A stretch of DNA of 64,000 bases, from assembly GCA_016844925.1 (NCBI GenBank), contig JAERTI010000043.1, forward strand, positions 133,110 through 197,109, given 5' to 3'. The position numbers and the translations under genes are program-made. Under the pieces are notes generated by a model. That model was not told the origin of the DNA, made no database searches, and saw only the letters and a list, made by a program, of their open reading frames with translations. Of this stretch, positions 1-7,934 are shown piece by piece; within the stretch, counting starts at the first letter, position 1; each line of letters opens with the position of its first letter. This DNA comes from Candidatus Uhrbacteria bacterium. GTDB lineage: Bacteria > Patescibacteriota > Patescibacteriia > UBA9934 > GWF2-40-263.

Positions 1-16
1 GTCCATCGCGAGCTTC

Positions 17-502
17 GTGATTGGGTTCATTGTTCTGCTGCTTATGGCCTGCACGTTTGGGCCACTGCTCTTGGCCGTATGGGTAGTGGAAACCGTTCGC
101 GAGTTCTCGTACGAGAGGAAGCAGAAGCGCCTAGAGAAGATTGCTGGACAGAGCGTGACGTACGTCGGGTACGTAGGTGAGGGTTCCTCCGTCAGCGGAC
201 CGATCGGTTTCGTTGAATTGAACCCACTCGATGGAGTCTGTCGTCGCGATAACGTGCGGCTCGTCCTTCTGGATGACGGCTCCGTGCTCACAGAGGTCTA
301 TGACAAGGCGAGTAACACGACGTACTCCGAGACCATTCACCCCGACTTTCCGGAGGCGGAGATTTGTGGACAGGGGGCGTTGCTCTTCCAGTTCATCTTG
401 TTTCCGGACAAGGAGAAGGGGAAGGCTTGGCAGAAACGGCTTCTGCATCAACGGCGACGCAAGCAAGAGAAGCGTCGAGCAAAGATGATGATACGGTGGT
501 AG
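17..502 (+). CDS. hypothetical membrane-anchored protein (N-terminal TM); N-terminus paralogous to 1628..2143
   Basis: ORF with hydrophobic N-terminus followed by ERKQKRLEKI; similar to the ETDYRQKRLDWDRL segment of the third gene. Confidence 0.45.
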   Translation: MIGFIVLLLMACTFGPLLLAVWVVETVREFSYERKQKRLEKIAGQSVTYVGYVGEGSSVSGPIGFVELNPLDGVCRRDNVRLVLLDDGSVLTEVYDKASNTTYSETIHPDFPEAEICGQGALLFQFILFPDKEKGKAWQKRLLHQRRRKQEKRRAKMMIRW

Positions 503-509
503 GGGAAAC

Positions 510-573
510 AATACGTAAGTACCGATGAGCTTACGGCTCGATTGGGAAACGGGGCAGCAACGACGCGCTGCCC
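510..573 (+). repeat. 64-bp 3'-intergenic repeat, copy 1 (two hairpins: CGTAAG..CTTACG / GAGC..GCTC and GGGCAGC-N8-GCTGCCC)
   Basis: Near-identical to 1491..1554; lies immediately after a stop codon; second hairpin fully conserved, first hairpin carries compensatory changes. Confidence 0.7.
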
Positions 574-700
574 TCCGGTTCTCTGGATAGGACTTTGGTC
601 CTGCACAGAGCGGCGGAGCTGCGCCGGTAACTCACCGCAGGTGGGGCCGCGCGCAGAACGTCATAAGGATCCCGTGTCCCGTAAGGGGCTAAAGGGTGTC

Positions 701-1492
701 ATGCTAGAGGTTTTTCCAAGCGCCTACCTCGAGGTGGTGGCCCGCGCGTCACAGAGCCATTGGTACATGCGACGTTCAAGAAACTACATCGAGTCACGGA
801 CTGGGTGTTTTCAGGTGACGGTACTCAGCGAGACCGGCAACCGGCGACAGTTTCTTGTTTCTGAGTTGCGCTCGGTGTTACTGGGATTCCCCGGCCGCAA
901 GGAGATGCAGATCACCTGGGCCGGAGACGCACGTCACGTGAATGTCTTCTGGGAACATCGCACGCATCAGCTTTGTCTCGGCGAGCACGAGATTAGCTGG
1001 AGTGAGCGAGTGCTCGTGGAGGAGGAGCCAGAAGGTCTCCCTGAGCGAGTGCTCGAAAGACCGCCGTTTCTCAGATACAACCTCCGTTCGCTGGAGGGCG
1101 CTCGTCGAGAGTACGCTGAGGCACTTGAAAGCAGGTGGCGGATGGAGCGAATGAAGGTGGCTGCCAGTACGATGGGCCTGATGACACCGTCGACGCTCGG
1201 CATGGCGGGCATGACCCTGCCGATTTGCCTTCACTGGCAAGAGAGTTCGGAGTACATCTGGGGAAAGGTTCGCGCACGCTACAGCCTGGCACTGAACGCT
1301 GCTCAGGTGCAGCTCGTCCGCGGCGATGGTTCATTGGAGGAGTGGGTCATCACCAAGAGTGGAGAGTGCGAGATTGGGCCGACGTTGGTTTCCATCAATC
1401 TCTTTCCTCGTTCCGTGAGGGCCTTCAAGAAGATGCTCCTTCAGAGTGAGCTGGGGCCAGACCTCAGGAAGATGCAAGACGAAGAAAAATAA
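701..1492 (+). CDS. hypothetical protein
   Basis: Long ORF 542..1492; the first ATG lies inside the repeat, so ATG 701 with upstream AAGGG is the likelier start. Confidence 0.4.
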   Translation: MLEVFPSAYLEVVARASQSHWYMRRSRNYIESRTGCFQVTVLSETGNRRQFLVSELRSVLLGFPGRKEMQITWAGDARHVNVFWEHRTHQLCLGEHEISWSERVLVEEEPEGLPERVLERPPFLRYNLRSLEGARREYAEALESRWRMERMKVAASTMGLMTPSTLGMAGMTLPICLHWQESSEYIWGKVRARYSLALNAAQVQLVRGDGSLEEWVITKSGECEIGPTLVSINLFPRSVRAFKKMLLQSELGPDLRKMQDEEK

Positions 1493-1554
1493 TACGTAAG
1501 TACCGACGTGCTCTCGGCACGATTGGGAAACGGGGCAGTAATGACGCGCTGCCC
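1491..1554 (+). repeat. 64-bp 3'-intergenic repeat, copy 2
   Basis: AATACGTAAGTACCGACGTGCTCTCGGCACGATTGGGAAACGGGGCAGTAATGACGCGCTGCCC versus copy 1; 981 bp period. Confidence 0.7.
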
Positions 1555-1627
1555 TTCAATTGCTTGCTTTCGACTCGGGTCGAGGGTGAACTATTGAATC
1601 ACGCGAGGTGATCTAAAGGAGAGGAGC

Positions 1628-2143
1628 GTGGGAGAGGTATTTGTCCTCGTGATGCTTGGTGTCCTTGCGGTGTTCGGCTTGGTGCTGTTTGACGAGACGG
1701 ACTACAGGCAGAAGAGGCTGGACTGGGATCGCCTCTGGAAAGAACATTGGCTGCTGCGGCGCGTGGACAGGTTGTCTGTACGTTATCACGCCTGGGAACA
1801 TCGTCGGATGATCGAATCTACAGGAGCCTTTGTTGGCTACTGGTTCGAGGAGAGGCCATGGCCTTTTCCCGATGGCATCGCTCAGTTCAGCAGGAATCAG
1901 TCAACGTACCGGGTCGAAGGAATGCACATGGTGCGGACAGATTCCGGTGAGGTGCTGATTAGGCTCTCCGCCTGGAACAGGACACTTCATGGGGCACTGC
2001 ACCCGGCGCAGCCTGAAGAGGTCATCAGTTACCAGGGGAGGGATCTGTGCACCCTTGTCCTCTTTGACAGGAAGGAACAGGCACAGCAGTGGCTCAAGGC
2101 GCGAGAGTTGCTGGAGCAAGAGAGGCTTGAAGGGGAAGAGTGA
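1628..2143 (+). CDS. hypothetical membrane-anchored protein (N-terminal TM)
   Basis: ORF with N-terminal TM and RQKRL motif shared with gene 17..502. Confidence 0.45.
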   Translation: MGEVFVLVMLGVLAVFGLVLFDETDYRQKRLDWDRLWKEHWLLRRVDRLSVRYHAWEHRRMIESTGAFVGYWFEERPWPFPDGIAQFSRNQSTYRVEGMHMVRTDSGEVLIRLSAWNRTLHGALHPAQPEEVISYQGRDLCTLVLFDRKEQAQQWLKARELLEQERLEGEE

Positions 2144-2312
2144 GCATGTCGCATGCTTGCCGCCCACCTAAGTCGTATCAGGAATGTGACGACTAGCGCG
2201 ACGAAATCAAAACGACCCAGCCGTACGTGGCCAGGTCGATTTTTTATTTGAGGTGATTACTTGGATGGAGTTTTGTTTTCCCAAAAAGTAAGATCTTTTT
2301 CACGAACAACTC

Positions 2313-2341
2313 TTGACAAAAGCCCTAAAATAAGCTATTGT
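2313..2341 (+). promoter_or_regulatory. sigma70-like promoter (TTGACA-17-TATTGT)
   Basis: TTGACA at 2313, 17-bp spacer, TATTGT at 2336. Confidence 0.5.
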
Positions 2342-2429
2342 TTCGCGTGGCATGATTACAACACTGGCGAGCAAAATTCTCTTAAAATGGAATTGCCAGC
2401 GGGTACTTGAGTCCCCGAAAAGCACTCAG

Positions 2430-2494
2430 AAACACGCGCAAGCGGTTCTCCTTCTCAGAAGGATTTAGGGCCATTTGCGCGTGTTTTATTTTCT
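2430..2494 (+). promoter_or_regulatory. structured 5' leader with terminator-like hairpin (AAACACGCGCAA...TTGCGCGTGTTT + U-run) upstream of gene 2596
   Basis: 12-bp stem enclosing an inner TCCTTCT/AGAAGGA hairpin, followed by TTTTATTTTCT; sits between the promoter and the RBS. Confidence 0.4.
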
Positions 2495-2595
2495 CGCAGC
2501 ACGTATTGGTCACCCAACGCGCTTGGGACTTATGTGAGTCTCGGGCGCGTTGGGGGACGCACTCGAAAAAGGTCGCTTCAAAAGGAGTGATCAAT

Positions 2596-3336
2596 ATGTG
2601 GCTTGATGATCCGGTTTACAGACTTCGCTCCATCGTGAGGATGGAGATGTATCGTGTGGCGGAGCTCGGAGAGTGGCCATCCTACATCGACGTGGAGAAG
2701 TCCTTGCTCGGCCGCGTGCCGACGGACGAAGGCACGGCTCCTGGCTTCGACGCCGGGATTGCCTGCTGCCTGGACCTCATCCCGGAGGACAAGCAGAAGC
2801 TGTCGGCCACGCTCCATGCAGCGTACACGCAAGAGGCGGTCGAGCAGGTGCGAGAGGAGATCAAGACGTTCGACCCGTATTCGGAGACAACCTGGTGGCT
2901 CGCCATGTCGTCGGTCTGTCGTCCTGGTGAGGTCACTGAGGAGCAGTTCCTCGATCAGGTGAAGCTCGCGGCATTCTACGCCGCGCACCCCGGTCTGCTG
3001 CCGGTGAACGCCGAGCGCATGCTCAAGGCCATGAAGGAGCGCTTCGTGGTCCGTCCAGATGGCGTCGCGTACGGCACGGAGATGGGAGCGGCTCAGGCTG
3101 CCTACATCGCCGGTCACGATCTCACGGTCGAATACAACAAGACCTACGGCATCTACTTCATCGCAACGTTCCGCGAGTCTCTCGGGCTCGAGGAGTTCCA
3201 GTGGGCTGACGGAGTGGACGAGAAGGGGCTGCCTACGAGCGGACCGGTTCACGGGAGCCGGCAGTTTGTGAAGGCAGCCACGGTCAAGGAGCTGAAGGCA
3301 GCGCTCGAGATCGCAAAGAAGCACTTGGGCCTCTGA
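2596..3336 (+). CDS. hypothetical protein
   Basis: ATG 2596 preceded by AAAGGAG RBS; in frame with the longer ORF 2407..3336. Confidence 0.5.
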   Translation: MWLDDPVYRLRSIVRMEMYRVAELGEWPSYIDVEKSLLGRVPTDEGTAPGFDAGIACCLDLIPEDKQKLSATLHAAYTQEAVEQVREEIKTFDPYSETTWWLAMSSVCRPGEVTEEQFLDQVKLAAFYAAHPGLLPVNAERMLKAMKERFVVRPDGVAYGTEMGAAQAAYIAGHDLTVEYNKTYGIYFIATFRESLGLEEFQWADGVDEKGLPTSGPVHGSRQFVKAATVKELKAALEIAKKHLGL

Positions 3337-3423
3337 GGTCCGCACCGGTTGAGTGATCCGGTAAAACACTCACGACTTGTTCACATGCGTGTGAACACGG
3401 CGACGAGCACCACGCGCTCGTCC

Positions 3424-3463
3424 CCTGATATCTGTGATCAAGATGTTGTTCATAGATATCAGG
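3424..3463. repeat. perfect 10-bp inverted repeat CCTGATATCT-N20-AGATATCAGG
   Basis: Read directly; lies in the convergent intergenic region. Confidence 0.6.
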
Positions 3464-3508
3464 CACTTGATGGCGCCCAGGACCTTCTTGTTTTGCAAAT
3501 ACAGAATC

Positions 3509-3544
3509 AAAAACAAGCTCTTGCGGAGCTTGTTTTTGTTTTAG
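3509..3544. terminator. bidirectional rho-independent terminator
   Basis: AAAAACAAGCTC-TTGCGG-AGCTTGTTTTTGTTTT. Confidence 0.7.
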
Positions 3545-5799
3545 CGTCGCGCTGTTCCCCCTTGGGTCACATCTTCCAGGTGTACAGACAGGAGGTTTGA
3601 GATTCCCTCCGTTCCCATGGTTACACCGTAGAGCACGTCAGCTTGCTCCATTGTCGCGCGGTTGTGCGTGATGATGACGAACTGGGAGTTCTTGGAGAGC
3701 TCGGAGAGAATACCGGCGAAGCGAATGGTATTGGCTTCGTCGAGTGCTGCATCTACCTCATCGAGCACGACAAACGGCGATGGGTTCACGGCCATGATGG
3801 CGCTGATCAGGGCAATGGATGTCAGGGCACGCTCACCACCAGAAAGCAGGTTCAGGGCCTTCAGGCGCTTGCCCGGCGGAGTGGCCTGAATGTCCACGCC
3901 AATGACAGGGTCCTTGTGCTTCTTGATTTTTGTTTCAATGGTCTCGTCTTTTTCACGTTGCTCCTCGCCGGTATCAGCGAACGCACGATCTGGCGTGACC
4001 CCTTCGGATTCTTCTTCTGTGTCTTCGCGCGTGAGCTTCACAAGGCGACAGCTTCCGCCGCCAAAGAGCATCTTGAAGTACTTCTCAAATTCTTTGTTGA
4101 TCTTGTTGAAGACCTTCTTTGATTGCTTCTCGATCTGCTCATCTAATTCTTCGATGACTTTTTCTGTGGACTTGATGGCCTTATGGAGGTCACCCACCTG
4201 TCCATCCAGGAAGTCGAAGCGCTCACGGGTCTGCTCGTACTCCTGAATGATTTCAGGATCGATTCCACCGATAAGTTCAAGCTTGTAGCGCAGGCGCTGG
4301 ATCTCTGGATAGACATCTTCTGCCGGTGTAGATGCTGGACGCTGTGCTCGGACATTCACCGCACGATCCTTCATGAACTCATCCATTTCTCGGATGAGGG
4401 CCCCTTGGCGCTCCTCATAGCGGGCAAGGTCGATTTTCAGGCCATTGCGACGGTTCTCAAGGAGGTGAATCTGTCGCTGCTTCTCGCGAAGAACCTTCTG
4501 TGTCTGGATGAGTTCTGTGCGATCGGTTTTCTCCTTGCTTACATATCCATCAATCTCTTTCTCTACAGCGCCAAGTTCCTTGGTAACGCCTTCTGCCTGT
4601 TTTTTGAGATCAGCAAGTCTTGCCACGAGCTTTGGATCCGGCTTGATGTCTTCCGGATTTGGGCGCTGGAGTTTCTTGTGGAGATCTGACGACTGTTTAA
4701 AAATCGCATCTACTTCTGCATGGAGCTCGGCTGCTTCTGAAATGTTCTTCAGTCCCTTGATACCCTTTACGATTGCGCCAACGACTTCGACGATACGGAT
4801 GAGGGGAAGGGGAGCCCAGTTGCTCTGGGCACGCACACGCGTGAGTTCGATTTCTTTTTCTGTCTGAAACTGTTGGTCGCGCAGGGTGCGTCGTTTCTTT
4901 TGCACTTCTCGGTACTTTGCTTGCAGGGCCACAAGACCGGTGTCTGGTTCATCTTCGACCTTCTCGATCTTTTCCATCTCAGCTTCTAGGGCCTTGAGGG
5001 TGGTGCGCTCAGCGGCGATTTCTTGATCTGCCGTTTCAAAGTTCTTCTTTACGGCCTCTAAGCTATCGACAAGATCCCACCACTGCTTTCCGTAGTGCTG
5101 CTGCTCGAGCATGTGGAGACTCTCCTCGATGGCTCCGCGCTTTTCCAGTCGATTGGCCTGACGCTTAAGGGAGCGCAGGCGCGGTTCGATCTCGCGTAGG
5201 AGCATCTCAACGTCCGCGAGATTCTGGTGAGTCTTTTTCAGTTTCAAAATGGCGTTGTGACGTTTGATCTGAAATGGTTTGACCCCCGTGGCGTCATCAA
5301 AGAAGGCTTTTCGCTCCTCTGGAGTAGAAACCAGAATGTGATCGATCATTCCCTGACCAACGACGGAGTACGACCGCTGCCCAACGTTCGCCTGGGCGAG
5401 CAGGAGCTGGATGTCATTAAGACGCACCTTTGAATCGTTCAGAAGATACTCGGAGCTTCCATCTCGGAACAGGCGTCGGGTGATGGTGACCTCACTATAT
5501 TCGATGGGCATGGCGCCATCTTCGTTATTCAACGAAAGGCTCACTTCAGCAAAGCCAGCACGACCCTTTCCTTCTGATCCAGAAAAAATAACATCCTGCG
5601 ATTGTTTTCCGCGCAGGAGCTTTAAACTTTGCTCGCCGAGCACCCATCGAATGGCGTCAGCGAGGTTTGATTTTCCAGAGCCGTTTGGCCCCACAACAGC
5701 CGTAATAGGGGAGCGATCTGGCTTTGGGGGTAAGAAACTAAGGCTGGTTTTTTTGGCAAAGGTTTTGAATCCCTGTATCTCAAGCTTGGTCAAGTGCAT
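3541..5799 (-). CDS. smc: SMC-family chromosome condensation ATPase, unusually short (752 aa)
   Basis: N-terminal MHLTKLEIQGFKTF...GPNGSGKSN Walker A; C-terminal LSGGERALTSIAL...VLDEVDAALD signature and Walker B; long charged coiled-coil middle. Confidence 0.75.
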   Translation of the reverse strand: MHLTKLEIQGFKTFAKKTSLSFLPPKPDRSPITAVVGPNGSGKSNLADAIRWVLGEQSLKLLRGKQSQDVIFSGSEGKGRAGFAEVSLSLNNEDGAMPIEYSEVTITRRLFRDGSSEYLLNDSKVRLNDIQLLLAQANVGQRSYSVVGQGMIDHILVSTPEERKAFFDDATGVKPFQIKRHNAILKLKKTHQNLADVEMLLREIEPRLRSLKRQANRLEKRGAIEESLHMLEQQHYGKQWWDLVDSLEAVKKNFETADQEIAAERTTLKALEAEMEKIEKVEDEPDTGLVALQAKYREVQKKRRTLRDQQFQTEKEIELTRVRAQSNWAPLPLIRIVEVVGAIVKGIKGLKNISEAAELHAEVDAIFKQSSDLHKKLQRPNPEDIKPDPKLVARLADLKKQAEGVTKELGAVEKEIDGYVSKEKTDRTELIQTQKVLREKQRQIHLLENRRNGLKIDLARYEERQGALIREMDEFMKDRAVNVRAQRPASTPAEDVYPEIQRLRYKLELIGGIDPEIIQEYEQTRERFDFLDGQVGDLHKAIKSTEKVIEELDEQIEKQSKKVFNKINKEFEKYFKMLFGGGSCRLVKLTREDTEEESEGVTPDRAFADTGEEQREKDETIETKIKKHKDPVIGVDIQATPPGKRLKALNLLSGGERALTSIALISAIMAVNPSPFVVLDEVDAALDEANTIRFAGILSELSKNSQFVIITHNRATMEQADVLYGVTMGTEGISNLLSVHLEDVTQGGTARR

Positions 5800-5863
5800 A
5801 CCTGGCGATTATAGCACGGTTGACGCTCTTCAAAAGGTGCGGTAGTCTCAGTCGCTATTACCT

Positions 5864-6859
5864 ATGGAAACTTACATTCACAAACAAATTTTCGACCAAC
5901 TCATCAGCGCCAAGCGTCCAGTCTTTATCTCAGACGAGCGGATCGATGGTGACAGTCTTGGGGCGTCCCTTGCACTGGTTGATTATATGACCCAGCGGGG
6001 CGTGAAGGTGCCAGTGTATGTGCCAGGTCCTGTTCCTGAGCAATACCAGCGTCTGCCTCATGTGGGGCAATGCACGTACGATAAAGGGATTTTTGATGAT
6101 TCAGAGATTGATTTGATTGTCGTCTTCGACTGCTCTGACGATCAGTACGTGAAGGGGCTTCTAGATCTGATTCCAGGGAATCCTACGGTCATCAACATCG
6201 ATCACCACGCGACGAATAATCGGTTTGGAGATATTAATCAGGTTGTGGTGGAGGCACCGGCGACGGCCTATGTTATCTATCAGTTCTTTCAGGTGAATAA
6301 CATTCTTCCGTCCCGAGACGCATCGACGTGTTTGTTGACCGGTATTTGTTTCGACACATCGGCGCTTTCTAATGGGGCGACAAATGAGTCCGCGTTTGAG
6401 GTGTCTTCAAAGTTGGTGCTTCATGGGGCTCGTATTCAAGATGTGATCCGTACGATGTTTCTAAATCGGTCCATCTCTGCGTTGCGTGTGTGGGGGTCAG
6501 CACTAGAGCGGTTGACGGTTCACGGGGAGACGAAGGTGGTGACGACGTATCTGACCCGTAAGGACATGGAAGAGAACGATGTGACAGATGATGAGATCGA
6601 CGGCCTCTCAAACTTTTTGAACCTTGTGACAGATACGGACATGCTCTGCGTTTTACGTGAGACGACCGAGGGGGGTGTGAAGGCCTCCATGCGTTCGCTG
6701 ACACAAGACGTTGGAAGTATTGCTAAGCGCTATGGCGGGGGAGGGCATGCACGCGCGGCTGGTTTTTCCGTACCAGAAGCTCGTGTGCATTGTGATGAGG
6801 GTGGACGTTGGTGTGTGCTTGGAACGGATGGAAAGGAAATAGAAATTGAGCTATCCTAA
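5864..6859 (+). CDS. nrnA: DHH/DHHA1 phosphoesterase (NrnA-like nanoRNase/pAp phosphatase)
   Basis: DHH motif INIDHHATN and DHHA1 GGGHARAAG motif. Confidence 0.75.
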   Translation: METYIHKQIFDQLISAKRPVFISDERIDGDSLGASLALVDYMTQRGVKVPVYVPGPVPEQYQRLPHVGQCTYDKGIFDDSEIDLIVVFDCSDDQYVKGLLDLIPGNPTVINIDHHATNNRFGDINQVVVEAPATAYVIYQFFQVNNILPSRDASTCLLTGICFDTSALSNGATNESAFEVSSKLVLHGARIQDVIRTMFLNRSISALRVWGSALERLTVHGETKVVTTYLTRKDMEENDVTDDEIDGLSNFLNLVTDTDMLCVLRETTEGGVKASMRSLTQDVGSIAKRYGGGGHARAAGFSVPEARVHCDEGGRWCVLGTDGKEIEIELS

Positions 6860-7481
6860 TTGTCGTATGAATACTATTCAATCTAGTTATAGCGATCCAA
6901 CAGATCAGATCCTCATCCCAACGGTGATCGAGAAGACACACATGGGGGAGCGGGCTTACGACATTTATTCCCGGCTGCTCAAAGATCGAATCATCTTTCT
7001 TGGAACAGCGATTGATGACACGGTAGCGAACCTCATTATTGCCCAGATGCTGTTTCTTGAAAGTCAGGACAAGAGCAAGGACATTAAGTTGTACGTGAAT
7101 TCACCAGGAGGTTCTGTAACAGCAGGGCTCGCGATTTACGATGCTATGCAGTATGTGAAGCCAGACGTTTCCACGATTTGTGTAGGTATGGCGGCATCAA
7201 TGGGAGCTGTTTTGCTCACGGCAGGTGCGAAAGGAAAACGATTCGTCCTTCCAAACTCCGAGGTGATGATTCACCAGGTGCTCGGTGGCGTGCAGGGTCA
7301 GGCAACAGACATCAAGATCCATGCCGAGCGAATCTTGAAGATGAAGGATCGTTTGAACACCATTTTGGCCAAACATTCAGGGAAAAAGAAGGCTCTCGTT
7401 GAAGAAGATGCCGAGCGTGACTACTTTTTGAGTGCTGCAGAAGCTGTTAAATACGGTCTGGTCGATAAGGTGATTAAATAG
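6846..7481 (+). CDS. clpP: ATP-dependent Clp protease proteolytic subunit
   Basis: [34 protein letters not shown]...IHQVLGG ClpP signatures; start TTG 6846 or ATG 6867. Confidence 0.9.
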   Translation: MSYPNCRMNTIQSSYSDPTDQILIPTVIEKTHMGERAYDIYSRLLKDRIIFLGTAIDDTVANLIIAQMLFLESQDKSKDIKLYVNSPGGSVTAGLAIYDAMQYVKPDVSTICVGMAASMGAVLLTAGAKGKRFVLPNSEVMIHQVLGGVQGQATDIKIHAERILKMKDRLNTILAKHSGKKKALVEEDAERDYFLSAAEAVKYGLVDKVIK

Positions 7482-7534
7482 CCTACACAGACTTGGGCCT
7501 GGATATATAGGGGAAAAACAGTGGATGTATCAGG

Positions 7535-7566
7535 GATTATCAACAAAAAACCGGGCAAAAAGCCCG
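7535..7566 (+). terminator. rho-independent terminator after clpP
   Basis: AAAAACCGGGC-AAAA-AGCCCGGTTTTT. Confidence 0.8.
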
Positions 7567-7934
7567 GTTTTTAAGTACTTTTCTTTTATTGCTCAAATAC
7601 CTTGCCCAGATCAAAAATATGCGCTATTATGGGAGTTGTTCAGACACTTGACAACTTTCTCGTATCTGTGTAGACTTGCTTCTTGTCTCAAGTCTCCTCT
7701 TTTTGACTCGGGACAGAAACCATTGCAGCCAGTGATCTGCAGGCACGACAAGCATGGGATTTCATATCGTGGATACATCAGGCTTCCGGGCTCGATCTCT
7801 CCTCGACTGAAATTTCTTGCCTGCAGGTCATTGACCGCAATGAGAGAAAACGATTCGCAACCGCGGGTCGTTTTTTCGTTAACAAGATCTTACGTCTGTT
7901 CGAATTTCCCGCGCAAGTTTTTTTGTGGATAAGC

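Noticed and set aside
2654-3369. Multiple overlapping ORFs (85-263 aa) on both strands, including a 263-aa minus-strand ORF 2578..3369
   Set aside because: They are shadow ORFs, typical of GC-rich coding DNA. The + strand gene 2596..3336 has an RBS and a promoter, and the antisense ORFs are Arg/Leu-rich low-complexity.
7525-7932. 135-aa + ORF immediately after clpP
   Set aside because: It starts inside the clpP terminator hairpin, has no RBS, and its composition is unlike neighbouring genes. The region is treated as non-coding.
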